Below, one piece after another: positions 10,249 to 20,021 of a stretch of DNA of 64,000 bases (position 1 is its first letter; the number at the start of each line of letters is the position of its first letter). The stretch is from contig CAWHBU010000006.1 of assembly GCA_963827685.1 (NCBI GenBank), positions 96,001-160,000 on the forward strand, given 5' to 3'. This DNA is from an uncultured delta proteobacterium. Its GTDB lineage: Bacteria; Desulfobacterota; BSN033; UBA1163. The translations under genes and the position numbers were made by a program. A model generated the notes under the pieces. It saw only the letters and a program-made list of their open reading frames with translations. It searched no databases and was not told where the DNA came from.

Positions 10249-10981
10249 AGCCCTTTCATTTCTCACCATTCTGCCTGTTGGACAAATTCGGCTCTCAGAG
10301 CAGAAGGAATTAGCCCGTTCAATGGCCTTCTTTCCTTTAGTCGGCCTTGTGGTCGGTCTCCTCCTGACCACGGGTTATTATCTCTTCTCTCTTTTCCTGC
10401 CTAAGTCCATCACCCTCTGGTTAATACTGGGACTTCTTGCTCTCCTGACGAGAGGTCTCCATTTGGATGGATTTGCTGATACCCTGGATGGTCTGGCGTC
10501 TGGCGGGTCAAAGGAAAGGATTCTTGAGGTGATGAGGGATAGTCGAATCGGAGCCTTTGGAGTGATCAGTCTCATCTTGCTAATCGGGGGCAAATATCTT
10601 GCTCTGCATCAGATTTCGAATGCATCCGTTCCCTACTCTCTTATTTTGATGGCCGTCATGGGACGACAATCTATGGTTTTAGTCTGCTGCCGATCTTCCT
10701 ATGCCAGACCGAACGGAGGGTTAGCTAAACCTTTCACTGAAAACCTTGGATACCGTGAAACGGCTTTATCCTTGGCCACGGCTCTGGGAATCGCTTTGCT
10801 GGCCATGGGTGTTAAAGGCATCCTGGTCTTCTTAGGAATCGGCCTCTTCAGCCTTGGGTATCGGTATCTTTTCATCAAGAAGCTGGGGGGAGTAACAGGC
10901 GATGTTTTAGGGGGGGCAAATGAATTAGCAGAGCTTCTTTGCCTCATCCTTTTGGTCATTCTTGAACCAATCCATTTATAA
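10232..10981 (+). CDS. cobS: Cobalamin synthase
   Basis: FLTILP, GLHLDGFADT.DG, MRDSRIGAFG, GGVTGDVLG. Confidence 0.95.
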   Translation: MKNFLRALSFLTILPVGQIRLSEQKELARSMAFFPLVGLVVGLLLTTGYYLFSLFLPKSITLWLILGLLALLTRGLHLDGFADTLDGLASGGSKERILEVMRDSRIGAFGVISLILLIGGKYLALHQISNASVPYSLILMAVMGRQSMVLVCCRSSYARPNGGLAKPFTENLGYRETALSLATALGIALLAMGVKGILVFLGIGLFSLGYRYLFIKKLGGVTGDVLGGANELAELLCLILLVILEPIHL

Positions 10982-10998
10982 AATTGGGAGAAAGAAGG

Positions 10999-12054
10999 AT
11001 GGATAAAATTAACCAAACAATTGCTGACATAAAACCTTTGGACCGAAAGGCCATGGAAGAGGCGAGAACCAGGCAGGACAGCCTGACGAAGCCTCGGGGC
11101 TGATTGGGTCAACTTGAGGCCCTTTCCATCCAGGTGGCAGGAATCAAGGGAAATCCAAGGCATCGAATCATCCACAAAGTAATATTTACACTGGCCGCTG
11201 ATCACGGCGTTACCGAAGAAGGAGTGAGCGCTTATCCCTCTGAAGTAACTCCCCAAATGGTCTATAACTTCCTTCGGGGAGGTGCGGGCATCAATGTCAT
11301 GGCGCGGCATATAGGAGGGAGGGTTGTCGTAGCAGATCTGGGAGTTGCCTCAGCGTTGGAGCCACATCCTGATCTGAGAATTAAGAAGGTGGCCATGGGC
11401 ACCCGGAATATGGCGAGAGGGCCTGCCATGAGTGTGGAGGAAGCCATCCGCTGCATCGAAGCTGGAATTGAATTGGTGGAAGGGGAATTGCCAAAAGGTA
11501 TTGATATATTGGGAACGGGTGATATGGGAATTGGAAACACCACTTCTTCCAGTGCTATTACAGCAGTTTCAACAGGCGCTGATGTCACAAGAGTCACAGG
11601 CAGGGGAACCGGTGTCGACGATGACGGATGGCGAAAAAAGGTTCAGGTGATTCAGAAGGCTCTGGAAATCAATCGTCCGAATCCAGACGATGGGGTCGAC
11701 ATCCTTTCCAAAGTCGGGGGGTTTGAAATCGGAGGAATCGCAGGGGTGATTTTGGCCGGTGCACGACATCGAATCCCTGTTGTACTCGATGGCTTCATTT
11801 CCGGAGCAGCAGCTTTAATTGCCACATCTCTTTCACCTCAAGTCAAACCATACCTTATCGCCTCTCATCAGTCGGCTGAGCAAGGGCATCAGGTCCTATT
11901 GGAATATCTCGGCCTGAAACCCTTGCTGAACTTAGATCTGAGGTTGGGTGAAGGAACCGGTGCCGCCTTGGGGATATTTTTGGTCGAGGCTAGTCTAAAG
12001 ATTCTCGATGAAATGGCCACTTTTAGTGAAGCCAGAGTATCTGAAAAAATATGA
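10999..12054 (+). pseudogene. cobT: Nicotinate-nucleotide--DMB phosphoribosyltransferase with in-frame TGA at 11101-11103
   Basis: Reads MDKINQTI...QDSLTKPRG*LGQLE (family motif LTKP.GSLG.LE), then ADHGV, GDMGIGNTT, RLGEGTGA. Confidence 0.85.
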
Positions 12055-12959
12055 TTAAAAAATCGTTCGCCTTGGCTTTTATGATGTTCGTAACGATTGT
12101 CTTTCTTAACACCCGGGTGGAAGGGCAAGAACGAACAGTGACCGATGAGATAGGACGAAAGGTGAAAATTTCTTGTTCTCCAAAGAGAATTATTTCCTTA
12201 GCCCCCAGCATTACAGAAATCCTGTTTGCTTTGCATCTCAATGAGGAAATCATAGGAGTTACAGACTATTGTGATTTTCCAGTGGCTGCATCGAACAAAC
12301 CGAGGATCGGAGGGTTTATTAATCCCAGTATTGAAAAAATCGTTTCATTAAAACCGGACCTGATCGTCGGGACAAGCGATGGCAATTTGATGGAAACCAT
12401 TCATAGACTGAGTGATCTTGGCTTTTCTGTCTATCTGATTAATCCAAAAAGCTTCAATGGAGTAATGAAAGCAATCCATCATATTGGAACAATGGTTGGA
12501 AGAGAAGAGGAATCGAGAAAAATTACAGGAAATATGATCTTAAAGAAAGAGGATATCGCCGCACGCACCAAATCCTTTCCAAAGCCAAAGATTTTCTTCC
12601 AGATTGGATACGCTCCTATTATGACCGTGGGAAAAGGAACACTCGCTGACGATCTCATCCGTTTGGCCGGGGGAAGGAGCATATCAGAGAATGAGTCGGT
12701 GAACTACCCCCTCTATAATATCGAAACCATCTTATCGAAGGCCCCGGAAATCATCATTATGAGTTCCATGGACAGCAAGAAGGATTATTTGAATCTGATT
12801 AAAATGTGGCAGTCTTGGGAAGACCTCCCTGCTGTGAAAATGAATGCAATCTATGTTGTCGACTCAAATTTAGTCGATCGTCCCACGCCCAGGGTAGTCG
12901 AAGGATTGGAAGCAATGGCCAGGATGATTCACCCAGAAGCTTTTAGGGAGAAGAGATGA
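12051..12959 (+). CDS. btuF: Periplasmic cobalamin-binding protein
   Basis: RIISLAPSITEILFAL, GVTDYCDFP, E.IVSLKPDL, RPTPR. Confidence 0.88.
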   Translation: MIKKSFALAFMMFVTIVFLNTRVEGQERTVTDEIGRKVKISCSPKRIISLAPSITEILFALHLNEEIIGVTDYCDFPVAASNKPRIGGFINPSIEKIVSLKPDLIVGTSDGNLMETIHRLSDLGFSVYLINPKSFNGVMKAIHHIGTMVGREEESRKITGNMILKKEDIAARTKSFPKPKIFFQIGYAPIMTVGKGTLADDLIRLAGGRSISENESVNYPLYNIETILSKAPEIIIMSSMDSKKDYLNLIKMWQSWEDLPAVKMNAIYVVDSNLVDRPTPRVVEGLEAMARMIHPEAFREKR

Positions 12960-14515
12960 AATCGCTGATGATCCAGGGGACGGGTTCTTATGTTGGAAAA
13001 AGTCTGATCGTAGCCGGGCTCTGTCGGATCTTTAAAAAGGATGGATTCAATGTCGTTCCGTTCAAATCCCAGAACATGTCTTTGAACTCCTTTGTGACTA
13101 GGGAAGGAGGGGAGATGGGAAGAGCCCAGGTGGTCCAGGCAGAGGCAGCGGGCATCGAGCCTCATGTGGATATGAATCCAATCCTGATCAAGCCCAACAC
13201 GGATATCGGCGCCCAGATCATCATCCATGGAAAAGTTTACAGAAACATGTCTGCCAACCGGTATCACCAATTTAAGAAAAAAGCCTTACGGGCTGTCAAA
13301 GAAAGTTTTTATCGTCTGAAGGAAAGATACGAACTCATGGTCATCGAGGGTGCCGGGAGCCCTGCGGAAATCAATCTAAGGGAAAATGATATCGCAAATA
13401 TGGGAACGGCAGAGATCGCAGATTGCCCTGTTATTTTGGTAGGCGATATTGACAAGGGAGGGGTCTTCGCCTCTCTCATCGGAACCCTTGAACTCCTGAG
13501 CAAGGAAGAAAAAAAGAGAATTAAGGGATTTATCATCAATAAGTTTCGCGGGGACATACGATTATTAGAGCCGGGATTGGATTTTCTTGAGAAAAAGACG
13601 AGGTTGCCCGTCCTCGGTGTTATTCCCTATTTCAAAGATCTCTATTTGCAGGAAGAGGATGGAGTCTCGGTAGAAAAGGCTGGATCAAGTCCAAAGGGAG
13701 GAGACATCCGAATCTCAGTCCTCCTCCTTCCACACATCTCAAATTTCACAGATTTTGACGCCTTAGAGAAAGAACCGGGAGTGGAGTTTCGCTATATAAG
13801 GCCCGGAAGTCCAATCCCAGCTTCTGATTTAATCATCATTCCAGGAAGCAAGAATACCTTAGGTGACCTCGCCTATCTCAGGCAATCCAAGTATGACAAA
13901 ACAATCCTCAAACACCATCAAAGGGGTGGGTTCGTAATAGGTATATGCGGAGGGTATCAAATGTTGGGCCGCCTGATTTCCGATCCTTTTAAGATCGAAA
14001 CGAAGCGAAAGAGCATCGTCGGTCTGGGTCTGCTCAATGTTGAAACTGCCATGGAAAAGGAAAAAGTGACTTCCCAGGTAGAGGCGAGGGTGTCTCCAAA
14101 AGACCTTCTCCAATGGAAATCCGGGAAAATTTTTGGATATGAGATTCACATGGGAAGGACGGAGAGAAGTAACAATATCTCCCCAGCTTTCACGATTGTT
14201 AAAAAGAAAGATCGAAATGTCCGGATCGAAGATGGGGCGATCTCTAAAGACGGAAAGGTGTGGGGAACCTATATTCATGGAATCTTTGATAACGACGAAT
14301 TCCGAAGGGGATTCATTAACCGCTTAAGGAAAAGAAAGGGATTGTCCCCTTTGAGCAGAGGTGATAGCCTTCACTACCACCAAGTGAAGGCGGAAGGATT
14401 CAATAATTTGGAAAGGGGACTGAGGGAGAATCTCGATATGAATTTCATTTATAGGATCCTCAAACTGAAGCCCCAAAAACCTGCAACTAACACAAAACCT
14501 GCAACTAACTCTTGA
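12956..14515 (+). CDS. cobQ: Cobyric acid synthase
   Basis: QGTGS.VGKS, PFKSQNMS, EGAGSPAEINL, ISNFTDFD, GICGGYQMLG, GYEIH.G, GTYIHG. Confidence 0.96.
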   Translation: MKSLMIQGTGSYVGKSLIVAGLCRIFKKDGFNVVPFKSQNMSLNSFVTREGGEMGRAQVVQAEAAGIEPHVDMNPILIKPNTDIGAQIIIHGKVYRNMSANRYHQFKKKALRAVKESFYRLKERYELMVIEGAGSPAEINLRENDIANMGTAEIADCPVILVGDIDKGGVFASLIGTLELLSKEEKKRIKGFIINKFRGDIRLLEPGLDFLEKKTRLPVLGVIPYFKDLYLQEEDGVSVEKAGSSPKGGDIRISVLLLPHISNFTDFDALEKEPGVEFRYIRPGSPIPASDLIIIPGSKNTLGDLAYLRQSKYDKTILKHHQRGGFVIGICGGYQMLGRLISDPFKIETKRKSIVGLGLLNVETAMEKEKVTSQVEARVSPKDLLQWKSGKIFGYEIHMGRTERSNNISPAFTIVKKKDRNVRIEDGAISKDGKVWGTYIHGIFDNDEFRRGFINRLRKRKGLSPLSRGDSLHYHQVKAEGFNNLERGLRENLDMNFIYRILKLKPQKPATNTKPATNS

Positions 14516-14540
14516 CACATCGGAGGGGTTGTAATATAAA
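14512..14540 (+). promoter_or_regulatory. sigma70 promoter of tRNA-Phe
   Basis: TTGACA-17 bp-TATAAA. Confidence 0.75.
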
Positions 14541-14559
14541 TTTCTTTATTAATCAGGAT

Positions 14560-14636
<77 letters not shown>

Positions 14637-14642
14637 AAAACC

Positions 14643-14677
14643 AAGGGGTTAGGCGATTCAAGCTTAGCCCCTTTTTT
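14643..14677 (+). terminator. Element-supplied terminator for tRNA-Phe
   Basis: AAGGGGTTAG...TAGCCCCTTTTTT. Confidence 0.75.
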
Positions 14678-14726
14678 ATTGATTGTGACTGAATTTTCTG
14701 CCCCTCATGGTTATCAAAGCTCTCGC

Positions 14727-15812
14727 CTATTCATTTTCTGCATGCCGAAATTGAATAACCTCCCCTTGTTTGGGAGTTATGATTCCGACCGTGGTGCTTT
14801 TCCTCTCTTGGTAATCCTGAAATTTTAAAGCGGCCTCTCTCAGGTCCTGGTCATTAACGATGTTATACCGCTCAAACACATTTCGGGACTTGTGGCCTGA
14901 AATGGTCATGGCCACCTTCTCTGAAATCCCTGATCTGACCATATCCCTTACAGCTGTTCTCCTGAAGTCATGGAAGATTTTACCCTTCAAACCAGCTTTT
15001 TTGCAGGCGGAAATCCAGGCCTTACGGAATCCTTTTATAACCTTCCCTTCTCTATGAAAAACGTAAGCACAATGAATTCGCCTGTCCTGATATAGCGCCT
15101 TCATCACTTCTATCAACTCCCTCGTAAGGTAAAAAGTCCGGCCCTCTTCATTCTTGGTTTCCCCCAGATCAAGCCAAACCTTCCCTTCCTTGAGATCCAC
15201 TCTGTCCCAGGTAAGACCCAGGATTTCACTTATTCTCCATCCGCTATAATAGCCAAAAGTCACTATTGGCTTTAGGTATCCAGGTAAGATATCCTTGACC
15301 GCCAAATATTCGGCATATTCAAAGAAACCTTTTCTTACGTTGGATTCTTTCAGCATTGGAATGTAAGGAATTAAGGTCACCTTTGGAGGAGTGCACTCTG
15401 CTGCGAGATGGAACATCCTTTTGAGTGCTGCCAACTCTCGGTTAATGGAAGCATTAGAGAAACCTTGATTCATCCTGTCCTCTATATAGCTCTTGACCTT
15501 ATCCGTGGTAACATCCACTGCTCTCATACCACCAAAATAACTTTGAAGATATTTAACGGACCTCTCGGCTTTATTCAGGGTGTCTCTCCCATTAATTCGA
15601 TAATCTGTCAGGAAATCCTCGGCCAAATTGTCAAACGTAACTAGCTTTTTCAGAAAAATTCCAGGCAACTTTCCCTCTGCGATCTCTCCCTTCAGTTTAT
15701 AAAAAACTGTCTGAGCCAACTTCTTCTCTGTAGTTTCCGTCGATTCTCTGTAATGTTTGCCTTGATAAACGAAACTCATCCACCAGACCTGGCCCCTCTT
15801 ATATAGTCCCAT
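14727..15812 (-). CDS. Phage-type tyrosine integrase
   Basis: MGLYKRG..WW arm-binding N-terminus, SINRELAALK, G.R.SE, TKN, HDFRRT, SGH.S...F.RY; AGGAGG RBS. Confidence 0.95.
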   Translation of the reverse strand: MGLYKRGQVWWMSFVYQGKHYRESTETTEKKLAQTVFYKLKGEIAEGKLPGIFLKKLVTFDNLAEDFLTDYRINGRDTLNKAERSVKYLQSYFGGMRAVDVTTDKVKSYIEDRMNQGFSNASINRELAALKRMFHLAAECTPPKVTLIPYIPMLKESNVRKGFFEYAEYLAVKDILPGYLKPIVTFGYYSGWRISEILGLTWDRVDLKEGKVWLDLGETKNEEGRTFYLTRELIEVMKALYQDRRIHCAYVFHREGKVIKGFRKAWISACKKAGLKGKIFHDFRRTAVRDMVRSGISEKVAMTISGHKSRNVFERYNIVNDQDLREAALKFQDYQERKSTTVGIITPKQGEVIQFRHAENE

Positions 15813-16206
15813 CGGATACCTCCTTTCCGAGGCCCTTGATCTGGTCTGGTTTCCCGTTACCAACAGTATACCCTTCTCCCTTCACCTCTTCAATGATTTT
15901 CCTAATGGTTCTCTTGATTCTTGGGTCCGATCGCTTCCGCAATGACCCAATAACCTTCCTGGTCTCCACCTTGACATCGACCACGGGTTTCTTCTGCCCT
16001 TGCATCCATACTTCGACCTCTTCCAGCTTGAATCTTACCAACCGGCCGATCCGGTAATGGGGTATCCTCTTTTCCTCCACCATCGCGTAAAGGTTGCTCA
16101 CCTTGATTCCCAGGTAGCGAGCGATGGCTTGGACATTTAAAAATCCTGATGATAGATCTCTTCCATTGGTCCTCTCTGCTTGAGGCTCTGACCCATGCTT
16201 TTCCAT
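15799..16206 (-). CDS. Excisionase-like HTH protein
   Basis: FLNVQAIARYLGIK.S.LY.MV...RIP.YRIGRLVRF; overlaps integrase start. Confidence 0.85.
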   Translation of the reverse strand: MEKHGSEPQAERTNGRDLSSGFLNVQAIARYLGIKVSNLYAMVEEKRIPHYRIGRLVRFKLEEVEVWMQGQKKPVVDVKVETRKVIGSLRKRSDPRIKRTIRKIIEEVKGEGYTVGNGKPDQIKGLGKEVSDGTI

Positions 16207-16255
16207 ATCAACTCCTTTTGCCAAACCCTCATGGTTGGCTTTCAGGAGCTTCGGT

Positions 16256-16343
16256 ATGGTAATTGGTTTGCTTGGCTTATAGCGAGCGTGGTAATTGGAA
16301 TGGTAATTTGGGGCAGAATAATATGATGGTAATTGGTATTACC
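16256..16343. repeat. Cluster of TGGTAATT(G/T)G motifs upstream of xis
   Basis: Direct copies at 16257, 16289, 16301, 16327 plus partial inverted TATTACC at 16337. Confidence 0.7.
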
Positions 16344-16811
16344 GCTATAAAATTTGAAGTTTAATTATTCAAAAAATTCCGAAACTCTTGGTTTTTACAT
16401 CCCCAGCCATAGACGAGTGTTCATTCTTCAATTCATCGATCACCTCCCTTTCGCCTTCAGTTTTCAGAGTTCCTTACAAATCACGATCCGAGATGACAAC
16501 CTCATTCCCCTCTAAAATTTTTCTTGCAAATCGATTTACCTTAGGATATATTATATTTTGAATGCGATAATTAGTCAAGACCAAAAGCTTGGCTCCTGGT
16601 CGGCCAGGCAGAAAGGAGGAGAAAAGATTTAGCTGAAAGTAACTTTTTACTCTTTGCATACCTACCAATATTAACCAATTCAGTTTCCAACCTATCAACC
16701 CTCTAGAAAAGTGCTGGCAACAATTTTTTTGGAGTAAGGAGAATTTGGTCCCTTTGGCGGACTGACTTTTTCGAGCTATTTTCTTCACCAGATAGAAAGA
16801 AGGATTGATTA

Positions 16812-17117
16812 ATGGACCAACCTACATTGAAATTTTTGGAATCACAACTCCAAGCCGCAAAAGATTTTATGGCTTATGCAAAACATATGGACTTCGTCAT
16901 TTATTCCGAATTTGCCCCAGGGGACTACCTGAAAATTGCCAGGGGGTTAAAAAAAATTGTTTCGGACGATAAGACTGCCGACAAAAAATGGGCGAGAGAT
17001 ACCCTTTATGCAATAGAGGGACTTTTTTCAAATCTTCCCAATCTCCAAAAAAGAGTAAAGTATGCGAACGACAAGGTTTTGCGGGAATCAATAAAATCCA
17101 AAAAACCAAAGCCATGA
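16812..17117 (+). CDS. Hypothetical protein
   Basis: 101-aa ORF with AAGGA RBS; no recognisable motif. Confidence 0.6.
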   Translation: MDQPTLKFLESQLQAAKDFMAYAKHMDFVIYSEFAPGDYLKIARGLKKIVSDDKTADKKWARDTLYAIEGLFSNLPNLQKRVKYANDKVLRESIKSKKPKP

Positions 17118-17287
17118 TAGGCACACAGCCATAATTAATAAGATTGGGAAATTAGGCGGCCATGTGAGTAAGGAATCAATTGATTTTTGGCTGCATCAAT
17201 TCCCTAGATGGAGAAAAGGGGGTGAAAAAGAAGGGGGCCGTATAAGAAATTTACTTCAACAAAAGGAGAGGAGGGAAAGGAGATAAA

Positions 17288-17458
17288 ATGAAAAAGACAA
17301 AAGAAGACCTCATTCAATTAATTAAAGACAAAATAGGTGAAATCAATTCATTGATATCTGAACTTGAGAAAGAAGTCTTAGAACCCGAACAACTTGAATC
17401 TCAAAAGCAAAAAGTAATGCGAACACCAAAGACTATTGATTGGTCCGAAATTAAGTGA
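17288..17458 (+). CDS. Small hypothetical coiled-coil protein (56 aa, not in ORF track)
   Basis: AAGGAG RBS; MKKTKEDLIQLIKDKIGEINSLISELEKEV...IDWSEIK. Confidence 0.65.
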   Translation: MKKTKEDLIQLIKDKIGEINSLISELEKEVLEPEQLESQKQKVMRTPKTIDWSEIK

Positions 17459-17476
17459 AGGGAGGAGAAGAAGAAG

Positions 17477-17722
17477 ATGAAGGCGTTGGATGAGATGATT
17501 GGTAAGAAGGTGGTTGTGGAAAGTTTTTATCACAAAGAAATTCACGGGATACTTGATTCAGTTGAAGAGCTGGGTGTGATTATTGATAGGCAAATATTTA
17601 TCCCCATGCGTGCTGTTTTTAGAATCTATTTAGAGGAGAGATTTGAAGGGGATAAGAAAGAGGAGAGTGAGAAAAAGAAACCAAACGTATTCTCTAATGA
17701 AGCAAAAGGTTTTGGATCATGA
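17477..17722 (+). CDS. Small protein with Sm/LSm/Hfq-like pattern
   Basis: LDEMIGKKVVVE...EIHGILDSVEELGVII...IFIPMRAVFRI matches Sm1/Sm2 spacing; GGAGG RBS; ATGA overlap with next gene. Confidence 0.6.
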   Translation: MKALDEMIGKKVVVESFYHKEIHGILDSVEELGVIIDRQIFIPMRAVFRIYLEERFEGDKKEESEKKKPNVFSNEAKGFGS

Positions 17723-19248
17723 TTGATGAAGAGAAACTCGAAGATATAAAAAGTTTCGTAAAACCATACTGGATGGCTTATGAACGAGGCCCATCAGAAT
17801 CTGTTGTGGAGAGTTTGCATGAGGTTGTTACTGAGGTCAGTGATACAGTTGTAAAAGATGATCCGTGGTTCCAAATGGTTAAGAAACATTCTGATGAAGC
17901 ATGGGATAGACTCCAAAAAATAAAATCTAAGCCTCAAACACAATCCGGGCCAGTTACTAAAAAAGGGAAGAAACCAAAAGCAGAATTTGCCCTATCTGAA
18001 AGAGGAATTAATAAAAGCCTTACACCAATCACTAAAAAGCCTGGAAAAGAGCTTACATTTCCAATTGAGTTAACGATAAATGGTGAGAGGTACGCTACCA
18101 GCGACTATTTTGGAGCACGAAACTTCATGATGATGGACCTGCTTTCTTTTCTTATCCTCCAAAAGGCGGGGTTTCCGAAGAAACGAATTACGTTGTTTAA
18201 TAGTATGGAGGATATTGAAAGGAGGGAGAAAGAGATAGAAGAGGAAAGGAAGGAATCGGAAAAGGAACGCGAAGAACTGGATATGGAACACGGAGGGCTG
18301 GATAAACCAAAAAAACCTATGACTCAAGAGGAATTACTCAGCTATTTTAAAAATGTAAAATATTGGGTGAGGTTTGATACTGATTTTTTTAGGAGGTTTA
18401 CAGGAAAAGAAAATGCTGAATCTAATGAAGTTCTCAATCTCCTTCTTCAAACATCCGCAAAGTTCATTATTTCATATCCTGTCCGAGTGCCGGTTGATGA
18501 AGAAGGCAAAATTCAAGAAAAGAAATATACCAACAAAATATTCACGAGTTTCTTCAATGCGGCGTGGATAGATGAAAAAGATAAGAATGGTGAAGTGAAA
18601 CATCGAACGTTCTATGCCTTTTTCAATACTGTCCTTGGAGAAATGTTTGTCAACAATCTCCTTTCCAAGGGATACGATATCATCGGCACCCGTCTATATC
18701 AATTATCATCTCTATCTCAGGTGTTTTTCAGACGGTTCATCGTTCACCATTCTCACTACGCTTCTCAGGTGATCGGTCTCCAGAGAATAAAAGAAGGGTT
18801 GAATCTTGGGGATGAAAATAAATCTCAATTATTAAACTACATCAAATCAGGAGCTCTTGAACCGTTGAAAAAAGCTGGTGCAATATCCTATTATGAGACA
18901 AGAGAGGGGATCAATGGTACTGAAATTGTAATCCAGAGATCGGATCGAAAGTATCTCATTTATCGCCGGAGATTGGAGTCCAAAAGAAAGAAGGGGAAAT
19001 CAAAACAATACCATGGCGGGAAAGTGGAGGGACAAGAGCAGAAAAAGTGGAATCAACGGGTTTTGGAAAGGAAATCAACGGGTTTTGTAAAAATAAGAGC
19101 CTTTAAATGGTTGAATTCATTCACCTTGTTATTTCCTATAATATTAAATAAAATTAAAAGGTTTTCCTTACCTCCTAAAGTCGGTAAGTCAAACCTCCAA
19201 AAACCAAATACCACAGAATCTCTTACTTCCTCTTCTGAGAAGGAGTAA
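17719..19248 (+). CDS. Putative plasmid-type winged-helix replication initiator (Rep3/TrfA-like)
   Basis: LYQLSSLSQ.FFRRF...IGL.RIK..LNL...N......IK..ALEPL...G.I..Y resembles the second winged helix of Rep proteins; iteron-like repeats and AT-rich tract at 3' end. Confidence 0.55.
   Translation: MIDEEKLEDIKSFVKPYWMAYERGPSESVVESLHEVVTEVSDTVVKDDPWFQMVKKHSDEAWDRLQKIKSKPQTQSGPVTKKGKKPKAEFALSERGINKSLTPITKKPGKELTFPIELTINGERYATSDYFGARNFMMMDLLSFLILQKAGFPKKRITLFNSMEDIERREKEIEEERKESEKEREELDMEHGGLDKPKKPMTQEELLSYFKNVKYWVRFDTDFFRRFTGKENAESNEVLNLLLQTSAKFIISYPVRVPVDEEGKIQEKKYTNKIFTSFFNAAWIDEKDKNGEVKHRTFYAFFNTVLGEMFVNNLLSKGYDIIGTRLYQLSSLSQVFFRRFIVHHSHYASQVIGLQRIKEGLNLGDENKSQLLNYIKSGALEPLKKAGAISYYETREGINGTEIVIQRSDRKYLIYRRRLESKRKKGKSKQYHGGKVEGQEQKKWNQRVLERKSTGFVKIRAFKWLNSFTLLFPIILNKIKRFSLPPKVGKSNLQKPNTTESLTSSSEKE
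19051..19160. repeat. Putative origin: two AATCAACGGGTTTTG repeats (22-bp period) plus AT-rich tract
   Basis: Copies at 19051-19065 and 19073-19087, followed by AT-rich sequence. Confidence 0.55.
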
Positions 19249-20021
19249 GGTAAGAAGTAAGTCAAATCCAAATGGCAGGAGAAACGGCTTTAGCTTTTGA
19301 CATAGTCACAATTCAAAAAATTCAGTTTCTGTTCTTCTTCTAATAAATCCAATTGTGCCAGAATCTCTTATTTTTTATTTCAGTTTAAATTAACCATCTC
19401 TGAAATAGAAATATAAGCTTTCTTTATCACATCTCCTTTGGATAAGAAATATTCAACTACCGCCGGAGTCTCTTCCCTTCTTATAAATTCAAATATTAAA
19501 GTTATCTCTTCATCATTCATTTACATTTAATTGAACAGCGAGCTGACCAGTTAGTATGGCCCGAGTCCCCTGTGTCGGATTCGTTGGGTTGGTGTGATGC
19601 GGTAATGAGGGTAGACTGCATCAGGAATTTGTGGGGTTTTTACTTGGTTGGAATCATTCGGATATTTATGCGGGAAATTGGTGGTTCACTGTTAATACCG
19701 CCCTCTCCACTTAATGAATAATAAGACACATTGTTCATAAAGATAAAGCCACGGAGGAAATTAAGGGAGAATGGAGACTACCCTCTCTGCTTTTAAGATA
19801 TAAATTCAAGATCACTGTCTGTTCTCTGTATTACAGGAGTGTCGTCAACTCGCACCATCCGTACACGGGCACAAAATGAACAACTTCGAATATAATGATT
19901 CAGCATCAAAGGTCTTGGCCAGAGCCTTTTCTGGCAAAGATAAGGAATCACTTTGCTGAAGAGTAGATTTTATTTTATAGTTTCCACTCTAAACGAAATA
20001 AAATTCCATGAGGTTTTAAGA

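Noticed and set aside
14476-14510. 18-bp tandem duplication at the end of cobQ, and 12-bp duplication near 50430
   Set aside because: Simple local slippage with no evident function
16474-16788. 104-aa minus-strand ORF as element repressor
   Set aside because: No HTH or other motif; overlaps a probable promoter region
19370-19520. Short minus-strand ORF remnant after rep
   Set aside because: Broken by stops and not assignable to any family
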